Assembly (NCBI RefSeq): GCF_002735695.1
Contig: NZ_PDZH01000016.1
Coordinates: forward strand, 1-32,000
Length of the DNA stretch: 32,000 nucleotides
DNA from: Chitinimonas sp. BJB300
GTDB taxonomy: Bacteria > Pseudomonadota > Gammaproteobacteria > Burkholderiales > Chitinimonadaceae
Direction of reading: 5' to 3'
The number at the start of each line of letters is the position of its first letter. Position 1 is the stretch's first letter. Below are positions 23,717-30,817 of the stretch, in pieces. Both the position numbers and the translations under genes were made by a program. The notes below the pieces were generated by a model, which searched no databases, was not told the DNA's origin, and saw nothing but the letters and a program-made list of their open reading frames with translations.

Positions 23717-24730
23717 CTAGTGGGTATGCCCATGATCATGTTTATGGTGACCATGCCCTTCTTGGTGGGATTTGACGGGCTCAGCGTGACCATGCCCATC
23801 GTGTTCAGAATCCCCTCCCGTCAGCGCGGCCAGGGGGATGACCTTACCGCGGGGCGGCATTCCAAGCCAGGACGGCTGCAACGTGACATGGTCAATGCCG
23901 TAGTCTTTGGCCAACAGTCCCTGAATCGCTGCCAGCAGGCGAGGCCAACTCTCAGGGGACTCGATCACCATATGCGCCGACAATGCCACCCGCGTGGGCC
24001 CCAGGTGCCAGACATGCAGGTCATGGATTGACTGCACGCCTTTCTGTTCGGCCAGTGTCTGTCCGATTGCCTGCATATCCAGATGGGCCGGCACCCCTTC
24101 CATCAACATATGGCTTGATTGAAGCACCAATGCCCAGGTTGAACGCAAAATCAGCAGCACGACCAAGAGCGACAGAATTGGATCAATCGGCTTGTAGCCA
24201 GTAGCCCATATCACCAAGCCTGCCAAAATTGCCGCGACCGAGCCAAGCAGATCGCCCAGTACATGCATCAGCGCAGCTCGTGAATTCATATTGTGGCTAT
24301 CGCTCGATAACAACCAAGCTGCGATCAAATTCACAACCAGGCCAATGCTCGCGATTCCCATCACGCCGACCCCATCGACATCCTTGGGGTTAAACAGACG
24401 GCCCAGCGCCTCAAATGCGATCCACCCCACCATCGCCAGCATGAACAGGCTATTGATCAGCGCACCGAGGACTTCCGCACGCGCATAGCCATACGAATTG
24501 CTGGCGGACACCGGTCTGCGGGCAACATATTGGGCGAATAACGCCAAGCCCAGCGCCGCAGCATCCGTCAACATATGCCCAGCATCCGACAAGAGGGCAA
24601 GCGAGCCGGTATAAAGACCACCGAATGCTTCGACAACGGCATAGCCAGCGGTCAAAAGAAGCGCGATCAGCATCCGCTTGCGGCTGGCAGCATGATGGTG
24701 ATGAGCGTGATCATGATGTTCGTGCGACAT
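23717..24730 (-). CDS. Cation diffusion facilitator (CzcD/ZitB-like) divalent metal efflux transporter
   Basis: Six-TM CDF layout with the conserved SDAGHMLTD and HVLGDLLGS metal-site motifs. His-rich N-tail (MSHEHHDHAHHHH) and C-tail (EHDGHGHAEPVKSHQEGHGHHKHDHGHTH). ATG 24730 is preferred over the TTG at 24745. Confidence 0.9.
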   Translation of the reverse strand: MSHEHHDHAHHHHAASRKRMLIALLLTAGYAVVEAFGGLYTGSLALLSDAGHMLTDAAALGLALFAQYVARRPVSASNSYGYARAEVLGALINSLFMLAMVGWIAFEALGRLFNPKDVDGVGVMGIASIGLVVNLIAAWLLSSDSHNMNSRAALMHVLGDLLGSVAAILAGLVIWATGYKPIDPILSLLVVLLILRSTWALVLQSSHMLMEGVPAHLDMQAIGQTLAEQKGVQSIHDLHVWHLGPTRVALSAHMVIESPESWPRLLAAIQGLLAKDYGIDHVTLQPSWLGMPPRGKVIPLAALTGGDSEHDGHGHAEPVKSHQEGHGHHKHDHGHTH

Positions 24731-24757
24731 ACAACGCAGATTCAACCAGAAGTCAGT

Positions 24758-25510
24758 TTAGGTCAACCCGGAAAATGCAAACTCAAAGCGATTTTCTTCC
24801 ACGAACTCTCCATATTCAAAACGTCGTTCGGTAAATTCGGCGCGCTGCCGGCCCAGCATCAGCAAACTGGAGCAACGAGTACCATAGCAGGGCGTTCGAA
24901 TAAAAATTGCTGATAACGCACGCTCCAAAGCCAAAGGAACGCCTGTACTCGGCAGTTGTGAATCTGGCGCCACTTCGGCGTCTTGCAATATCGCAAACAA
25001 GGCCGTGGTATCGTGGTCAGCCTCGACAAAGCCGGCTTTGATTTTGCTCAACTTAGGCCAGGGTGTGTCAAAACAGGCATTTGATAGGGCATGGATGCCC
25101 CGACCAAAACGCAACACACGATCCGTACGGCTCTCATAACCCAGCAATTGCCGCCCATCGTAAACCAACAAATTGAAGCCATTGTAACGGCTGGCTATCG
25201 CGCGCAATCCCGACAAATATTGACTGGCATTGCGCGGGTCACGCAGAAAATCCACAACCAGCTGGCCGCGGGATGGTGCGTCAAACTGCGTGGCGCTCGG
25301 TTCGCGATAATTGGTTAGTGCCACGAAACGGCCATTGCGGCTGACACCCATCCAGCTGCCGCCAGCCTCCAGATCTCGCCCAGCCAGGATATCTCCCTTG
25401 GGCCACCAAGCCGCCGCAGCAGTAGGGCGAGCATAGAATTCATCACGATTGGCTACAACCCTCAGGGGTGTGTCTGTACCCGGTTGCCATTCAAAACCTA
25501 TCAGACACAT
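24758..25510 (-). CDS. NRDE-family (DUF833, TANGO2-like) protein
   Basis: Begins MCLIGF (Met-Cys, as in this family) and carries the eponymous VVANRDEF motif. ATG 25510 is separated by 1 nt from the TauE stop (TGAtATG). Confidence 0.85.
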   Translation of the reverse strand: MCLIGFEWQPGTDTPLRVVANRDEFYARPTAAAAWWPKGDILAGRDLEAGGSWMGVSRNGRFVALTNYREPSATQFDAPSRGQLVVDFLRDPRNASQYLSGLRAIASRYNGFNLLVYDGRQLLGYESRTDRVLRFGRGIHALSNACFDTPWPKLSKIKAGFVEADHDTTALFAILQDAEVAPDSQLPSTGVPLALERALSAIFIRTPCYGTRCSSLLMLGRQRAEFTERRFEYGEFVEENRFEFAFSGLT

Positions 25511-25511
25511 A

Positions 25512-26315
25512 TCAAGCAACCAGACTGTAGAGCATTCGGCTGGCGATCAATATCAACAGACCGGCAAAGCATTGTTTGAGCCGGGCAACCGGTAATCGAT
25601 GCGCCATGGTCGCGCCCAGAGGGGCAACTAGCGAGCTGGCTACAACAATGCCTATCAAGGCGGGTAAGTAGACAAAACCCAAGCTGTAGGCGGGTAGATG
25701 ACTTAAGCCAACGCCATTGAAGGCATAGCCTGCCAACCCACCCAGTGCGATAGGCAACCCCAACGCGGCAGACGTACCAATGGCTGCTGGCAGAGGCATA
25801 TTGCACAGCGTAAGGAATGGAACCGACATAGAGCCGCCCCCAATGCCTACAAAGGCTGAGACAGTACCGATAATACCCCCTGCGCATGCCAAACCACTGC
25901 TACCGGGCAGTTGCCGGCTGGGCTTGGGCTTGAAACCCGACAACATTTGCGCTGCAACCACGTAGGCAAAGAAGACAAAAAACCACTTCAAGCCCAAGGA
26001 GGGAATTTTTGCCGCCAACCAAGCCCCACCAAATGTTCCCAACGCCAACCCAGCCGCCATGCCTTTTACCGTGGTCCATTGCACTGCACCTCGGCCATGG
26101 TGGGCCCGCAAGCTGGAGATAGAGGTGAAAATGATGCTGGCCAATGAAGTACCCAGCGCAATATGCAAAGTATGTTCCGGTGGAAAATGGTTGGCCTCAA
26201 AAATCGCCACCAGTGCCGGCACAATAATCAAACCACCGCCTACTCCCAAGAGACCTGCCAGAAAGCCAGCCGCACAGCCCGTCGCCAGAAAGGCACTGAT
26301 CGCCAACCAGCTCAA
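25512..26315 (-). CDS. TauE/SafE-family anion (sulfite-type) exporter permease
   Basis: Polytopic membrane protein with duplicated GxxAGxxxGLLGVGGG-type segments (GFLAGLLGVGGGLIIVP; FVGIGGGSMSVP). There is no in-frame ATG near the N-terminus. The TTG at 26315 overlaps the EVE stop (TTGA) and gives a typical N-terminus; the track uses the TTG at 26351. Confidence 0.8.
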   Translation of the reverse strand: MSWLAISAFLATGCAAGFLAGLLGVGGGLIIVPALVAIFEANHFPPEHTLHIALGTSLASIIFTSISSLRAHHGRGAVQWTTVKGMAAGLALGTFGGAWLAAKIPSLGLKWFFVFFAYVVAAQMLSGFKPKPSRQLPGSSGLACAGGIIGTVSAFVGIGGGSMSVPFLTLCNMPLPAAIGTSAALGLPIALGGLAGYAFNGVGLSHLPAYSLGFVYLPALIGIVVASSLVAPLGATMAHRLPVARLKQCFAGLLILIASRMLYSLVA

Positions 26316-26779
26316 GGGGCTTCCCCCAACAACCGCATGACAGCCCTCCAATGTGCCGGCTCGACCGGTGTAATCGACAACCTGTTACCGCGTACCAGCA
26401 GCAGCATGCCTTCCAGATCGGGTTCAGCACGCATAGCGCTCAGCGGCAGATAACGGGTCCGCTTGATGTATCGAACATCAACCTGCTGCCAGCGAGGGGC
26501 TTCTGGTTTGGACTTCGGGTCGTAATAATGACTTTTGGGGTCGAACTGCGTCGGATCGGGATAAGGCGAAGAACACACTTCGACGATGCCTGCTACGCCC
26601 GGCTCCTTAACCCCCGAATGGTAGAACAACGCCCTATCACCCTGTTGCATCTGGTCACGCATGAAATTGCGCGCTTGATAATTGCGCACGCCGCACCAGC
26701 CCACCGTTTGTGTTGGCAGTGCGGCCAAATCAGCAATACCAAGTTCTTCCGGCTCTGCCTTCATTAACCAATAGCGCAT
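26312..26779 (-). CDS. EVE (PUA-like, thymocyte nuclear protein 1-like) domain protein
   Basis: 155 aa starting MRYWLMKAEPE (ATG 26779), with the conserved WxGVRNYQARNFMR and ALFYHS motifs. The track start is 32 codons upstream. Confidence 0.85.
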   Translation of the reverse strand: MRYWLMKAEPEELGIADLAALPTQTVGWCGVRNYQARNFMRDQMQQGDRALFYHSGVKEPGVAGIVEVCSSPYPDPTQFDPKSHYYDPKSKPEAPRWQQVDVRYIKRTRYLPLSAMRAEPDLEGMLLLVRGNRLSITPVEPAHWRAVMRLLGEAP

Positions 26780-26849
26780 ACCGTGGCCCTGGGTAAAAAC
26801 AGTTATCGTAGCGGATGCCTCTGGCTGCGCCAACGCAAAGCCTCGCGAA

Positions 26850-27446
26850 TCAGGTCGAGTGTCTAGAGGGTACACAACGATAGCTTGTCTTCTCAGTGAT
26901 CACCCAATCCAATAGCACATCGTGCGCTTCTCGATGGACCTGCACCACACGCTGGCATTCAAAGGCAACGCCTACCATACGGGGCTTTCGCAGCGCTACC
27001 GCTTGGTTGCGAAAAGCGAATGTCGTGTCGTAATAGCCGCCACCTTGGCCAAGCCGCCCTCCCTGAAGATCAAATCCGACCAGGGGCAGGAATACCGTTG
27101 CCAATTGGCGTGGCAGACAACGGCGCGTGGAAAGAAATTCTTTGATGTCATAACGATTGCGCCGCCAAACCCCACGGGAATCCGCCACGTCTGCAAACCG
27201 CATGCACCGGCCTCGACTAGGCAGTACAGGTAACCAGACCGAACAACCCCGCGCCAGGGCGAGCCGAATCAATGCAGCCAGCGATAGTTCTGAGCCCATC
27301 GCTACATAAGCCGCCACCGCTTGCCCAGGCCGCAGAAAGTGCAACGCACGTCGAGCTACCTTGTTTTCGGCTAGCCTACGCTGCCTGGCGGGCACAGCCA
27401 TACGTCTCCGGCGTAGTTCGCGGCGGAGGTTAGCTTTATCGGTCAT
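26850..27446 (-). CDS. ygfA: 5-formyltetrahydrofolate cyclo-ligase
   Basis: 198 aa. N-terminal KxxLRxxxRxxR pattern (KANLRRELRRRRMAV) and a C-terminal GxGGGYYD motif (GQGGGYYD). It lies immediately downstream of the 6S RNA, as in E. coli zapA-ssrS-ygfA. Confidence 0.88.
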   Translation of the reverse strand: MTDKANLRRELRRRRMAVPARQRRLAENKVARRALHFLRPGQAVAAYVAMGSELSLAALIRLALARGCSVWLPVLPSRGRCMRFADVADSRGVWRRNRYDIKEFLSTRRCLPRQLATVFLPLVGFDLQGGRLGQGGGYYDTTFAFRNQAVALRKPRMVGVAFECQRVVQVHREAHDVLLDWVITEKTSYRCVPSRHST

Positions 27447-27467
27447 GGAATTTTTGGAGGATTGCGG

Positions 27468-27655
27468 GGTGGGGATCCCCGCGGGCGCCGTCCCGGCTCA
27501 CATCTTGAACCAAAGGTTCAAGTGGTCGCAAGCGGCACGCCATCAGGCACATCGGATAAACGATGCGCACAACAGGCGCGGCCAGCCATACAACCTAGGG
27601 CAATATATTGGTTCAAAGAATATCGAACCGGAACGAACGCCGCAGGGAAACTTTG
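27468..27655 (-). ncRNA. ssrS: 6S RNA (SsrS); ends approximate within about 5-10 nt
   Basis: Located in the intergenic region between zapA and ygfA. The minus-strand sequence has a long imperfect closing helix: 5' TCCCTGCGGCGTTCGTTCCGGTTC pairs with 3' GAGCCGGGACGGCGCCCGCGGGGA. It also has a central-bubble 5' side (CGATATTC...) and the conserved 3'-side hairpin CTTGAACCTTTGGTTCAAG, compared with E. coli CUUGAACCAAGGGUUCAAG. Length is about 185 nt. Confidence 0.85.
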
Positions 27656-27686
27656 AAAGAGCAAGGCAGTAAATCTGCCAAAAAAT

Positions 27687-27995
27687 TCAGAACAGTTTCT
27701 GCTGTTCCTTCAGCGACTGATCGATAGTCTGCTGCATGCGGCCGATTCTACGCTTAAAGTCGGCCATGTCCAGACCCCCCGCTACACGGGTGTTCATAAA
27801 TTCATGGGTGATATTCAACGCAGCCATGATGGCGATCTTATCGATGCCCATCACATTGCCGCTATCACGCAGTTGCCGCATCTTCATATCAAGATAGTTC
27901 ACCGCCTCCATCAGGGCAGGCTCTTCCGCTGGCGGGCATGCCACTCGGAACTCGCGCCCCATGATTGTGACATCCAGTTGCTTGAGCTCGCTCAT
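27687..27995 (-). CDS. zapA: Cell division protein ZapA
   Basis: 102 aa, V(T)IMGREFRVACPPAEEPALMEAVNYLDMKM...DKIAIMAALNITHEF signature. Its start overlaps the upstream gene stop (ATGA). Confidence 0.92.
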   Translation of the reverse strand: MSELKQLDVTIMGREFRVACPPAEEPALMEAVNYLDMKMRQLRDSGNVMGIDKIAIMAALNITHEFMNTRVAGGLDMADFKRRIGRMQQTIDQSLKEQQKLF

Positions 27996-28192
27996 TCAGC
28001 TTCCTCCGGCAGTTGTTCCAGCAGGGCATCGACCTTGGACTTTGCGATTTCCACCTTATCAACCAAGCGCTTATTGTCCCCCTTCAGCACCAGAACTTCC
28101 TGGCGCAAGGCGACATTCTCCGTTCGCAGCTGCTGGCATATTGCGGCCAGGCTGTTAATGCGGTCTTCCAGATTCTGCAGTTCAGCTTCCAT
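27992..28192 (-). CDS. Short coiled-coil protein, ZapB-like, upstream partner of zapA
   Basis: 66 aa, heptad-repeat-rich (LQNLEDRINSLAAICQQLRTENVALRQEVLVLKGDNKRLVDKV). It is translationally coupled to zapA. Family assignment is by position and composition only. Confidence 0.6.
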   Translation of the reverse strand: MEAELQNLEDRINSLAAICQQLRTENVALRQEVLVLKGDNKRLVDKVEIAKSKVDALLEQLPEEAE

Positions 28193-28321
28193 AGCGGGAA
28201 TCGAGGACGGTAAAGGATGAGCCGATTCTAGTCGATTTTTGCAACCGTGGTCCGTCAGCTATCGGCACCGTCGCAACCGATAACTGGACCAACGTTCGAC
28301 GACTAGGCCAGCGAGATAATG

Positions 28322-29233
28322 TCATTCGGCATCTCTTGATTCAGTGCCGATTTCGGCTTGTGCATCAACTTCCTCACCCAGATCCATATCCAGGCTGTCG
28401 TTAGGCCGTTCCAGCGAAATGCGCCCGAGGGTAGCGGCACGAAAATCCGTCAGGATGCGTTCAGCAGTTTTTTGGTCATCAACTCGATTGCCGGGCAGGA
28501 TATAACCCATCGCCCGCCCAACCTGCTCGAACAGCACATCGCCGGGTTCGCTCAAGTCTTTGAGCTTATAGCGGCTGCCAATGCTGGCAGGGGCATTTAG
28601 CGCCAACCAACCCATGGCATACCAGGCTACATCCACCGCATCGAAGGCATTACGGCCGATAGTGCCCGAGAGCGCCAACTTGTAGCCGTCGTTGTTCGAA
28701 GCAATCTTCGGCCACATCATGCCAGGGGTATCCACCAAAATGGTGCCGTCCGGCAGTTCGATGCGTTGCTGCGATTGCGTTACGCCGGGCGTGTCGGCCA
28801 CCTTGGCCAATTTGCGCTTGGCCAGGCTGTTGATCAGCGTGGACTTCCCTACATTGGGCACACCGAGAATCATCGCCCGCACCGGCTTTTCGCCCCCAAT
28901 GCGATGAGGCACAAGCTCGCGGCACAACTTGAGCAACTTACCCATGTCGCGCGCCTTGCCGGCTTCATCCAGCGTAATCACCGCCGTATTGGCTTCCTGC
29001 TTGAAATGCTGCACCCATGCGGCGGTCACATTCGGGTCGGCCAAATCAGCTTTGTTCAGTACTTTCAAGCTGGGGCGCTGGCGATGTACACGCAACTCGT
29101 GGATTAGTGGATTGGTGGTGATGTGTGGCAAGCGGGCGTCGAGTACTTCGATGACCATATCCACTTTGGCCATGGTGTCGGCGATTTGTTTCTTCGCCTT
29201 GTTCATGTGGCCGGGGAACCATTGGATTGCCAT
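28322..29233 (-). CDS. rbgA: Ribosome biogenesis GTPase YlqF/RbgA (circularly permuted GTPase)
   Basis: MAIQWFPGHMNKAKKQI N-terminus. G4 (NKADL) precedes G1 (GVPNVGKSTLINSL) and G3 (DTPG), which is the permuted order diagnostic of this family. Confidence 0.9.
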   Translation of the reverse strand: MAIQWFPGHMNKAKKQIADTMAKVDMVIEVLDARLPHITTNPLIHELRVHRQRPSLKVLNKADLADPNVTAAWVQHFKQEANTAVITLDEAGKARDMGKLLKLCRELVPHRIGGEKPVRAMILGVPNVGKSTLINSLAKRKLAKVADTPGVTQSQQRIELPDGTILVDTPGMMWPKIASNNDGYKLALSGTIGRNAFDAVDVAWYAMGWLALNAPASIGSRYKLKDLSEPGDVLFEQVGRAMGYILPGNRVDDQKTAERILTDFRAATLGRISLERPNDSLDMDLGEEVDAQAEIGTESRDAE

Positions 29234-29400
29234 CGTCTGTACTCGCTAAAAAGGTGTACCCGCTTTATCGCTAGCAGGAAGGGGCGCGGATTATACCTTC
29301 AGAGCGAAAGTATCGGAAAATCAATACAATAGCCGCTTGTGCAACTTTTGCCCCGGTTAAGGCACTACTGCCGAACCGCTACCCGCCTGGGTGACCCGCT

Positions 29401-29904
29401 ATGAAACCACTGCTGAAAGTCTTCGTCGCCGCCGGTATTGCCGCCGCGCTTGGCACTATCCTTTATGTTGGCAATACCGCTCAGACCCAAGCCCCCGCGG
29501 TGCAATACACTTCGATCAAGGGCCAGCAAACCACGCAAGCTGCGCTGAAAGGCAAGGTGGTATTGGTCAATTTCTGGGCCACCAGCTGCGGTGGCTGCAT
29601 GGGTGAAATGCCCAAGCTGATTGAAACCCACAATAAATACGCCGCCCAGGGGTTCGAGACAATCGCAGTCGCCATGAGCTATGACCCACCCAATTATGTC
29701 GCGGCCTATACCGAAAAAGCCAAACTCCCCTTCTTCGTGGCGCTTGATGTGGACGGCAGCCTGGCCAAGCAGTTCGGCGATGTAAAGTTGACCCCGACCA
29801 CCGTATTGATCGACAAGCGGGGCAATATTGTTCAACGGTATCTGGGAGAGCCCGACTTCACTCAGCTGCATGCCCTCATAGAAGAGAAGCTCAGGGAAAC
29901 GTAA
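29401..29904 (+). CDS. TlpA/ResA-like periplasmic thiol:disulfide oxidoreductase
   Basis: 167 aa with an N-terminal membrane anchor/signal and a thioredoxin fold with CxxC (FWATSCGGCMGEMP). The 183-aa minus-strand ORF over the same region is an antisense shadow. Confidence 0.85.
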   Translation: MKPLLKVFVAAGIAAALGTILYVGNTAQTQAPAVQYTSIKGQQTTQAALKGKVVLVNFWATSCGGCMGEMPKLIETHNKYAAQGFETIAVAMSYDPPNYVAAYTEKAKLPFFVALDVDGSLAKQFGDVKLTPTTVLIDKRGNIVQRYLGEPDFTQLHALIEEKLRET

Positions 29905-29908
29905 GAAT

Positions 29909-30045
29909 CTGTTCAAAGTCTGCTGCGCGTCAGCGATACGGCATTAAAAACAGCCTCTGCATGCTCATTTACCACTCGTAAACTCCGCCTCCTCCGTCGT
30001 TTTCGCCTTGTCTCGCCCTAGCTCGCAAGACTTTGAACAGCTTCA
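29909..30045. repeat. Palindromic MITE/REP-like intergenic element, copy 2 (13-bp perfect terminal inverted repeats)
   Basis: CTGTTCAAAGTCT (29909-29921) and AGACTTTGAACAG (30028-30040) are exact reverse complements. The arms continue to pair imperfectly inward. The right about 75 bp (29970-30045) matches 125-200 at roughly 80-85 percent by hand count. The element starts 5 nt after the TlpA-like stop codon. Confidence 0.75.
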
Positions 30046-30175
30046 AAGGGCATTTGTCGACCCTACTTCCTCATATTTGCACTGATGCAACGGCCGCTTT
30101 TATATGGACATGCGTTTTTTAGCAGCATTTCAAAGAACAGCCTAAGCTGTAACCAGCTTCGAGGAGGAAGCGCCG

Positions 30176-30724
30176 ATGATTTCATGGAAAAACCACTTTC
30201 TTTACCAGGTTGATTATCAACACTGGGCCAATGACAAACTGCTTGCGAGTTGTGACAAGCTGTCGGATGAAGTACGCAAACACGAAGAAGGGCTACCCTT
30301 CCGAAGCATTCATGGCACAGTGAATCACCTTTTGGTGATCAATTTGAAATGGCTAGGGCGATTACAAGGCGAACCCAAGGACTACAAACTCGACCAGCAG
30401 CTTTTTGATGAGTGGCGAGAGTTAAAGTTGGCGTTAAAACAAACAATGCGGCAAACCCAGCATTGGGTAGAAGCCCAGCCAGAGTCGTACTTCGTCGGAG
30501 AATTGCACTTCAAAACATCGGCCGGTGTTGAACAGCACAATTGGATTCACGACGTGTTGACTCACTTTGCGACCGACTGCGCCCATTATCGCGGCCAGAT
30601 AGCAGGCTTAGCGGTACGTCTTGGCGCACCAACTGTCGACATGGACTTCATTAATTACCGCCGCGATATGCAGGATAGCCTTGCTCATTCGAAAATAGCC
30701 AAAGGTAACAACCCAGGCCGATGA
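30176..30724 (+). CDS. DinB-family (four-helix-bundle, putative metal-dependent) protein
   Basis: 182 aa with GAGGAGGAAG SD. It has the DinB-like pattern of spaced His residues (YQHWAN..., HGTVNHLL, HFATDCAHYRGQI). Confidence 0.6.
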   Translation: MISWKNHFLYQVDYQHWANDKLLASCDKLSDEVRKHEEGLPFRSIHGTVNHLLVINLKWLGRLQGEPKDYKLDQQLFDEWRELKLALKQTMRQTQHWVEAQPESYFVGELHFKTSAGVEQHNWIHDVLTHFATDCAHYRGQIAGLAVRLGAPTVDMDFINYRRDMQDSLAHSKIAKGNNPGR

Positions 30725-30766
30725 CGATCTCAAATTTGTTTTATAAGAGAACAGTGTAGTAAAGGT

Positions 30767-30806
30767 TAAAACGCCACCCGAGAAATTGGGTGGCGTTTGT
30801 TTGTTT
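30767..30806. terminator. Bidirectional intrinsic terminator between the DinB-family gene and the ior-family gene
   Basis: ACGCCACCC (30771-30779), loop gagaaatt, GGGTGGCGT (30788-30796). It is followed by TTGTTTGTTT on the plus strand and preceded by TTAAAA, which gives a U-tract for the minus-strand transcript. Confidence 0.8.
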
Positions 30807-30817
30807 ACGAAAGATGA

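Noticed and set aside
29365-29916. 183-aa minus-strand ORF covering the TlpA-like gene.
   Set aside because: The plus-strand product has a signal anchor and a thioredoxin CxxC motif. The minus-strand translation has no recognisable features.
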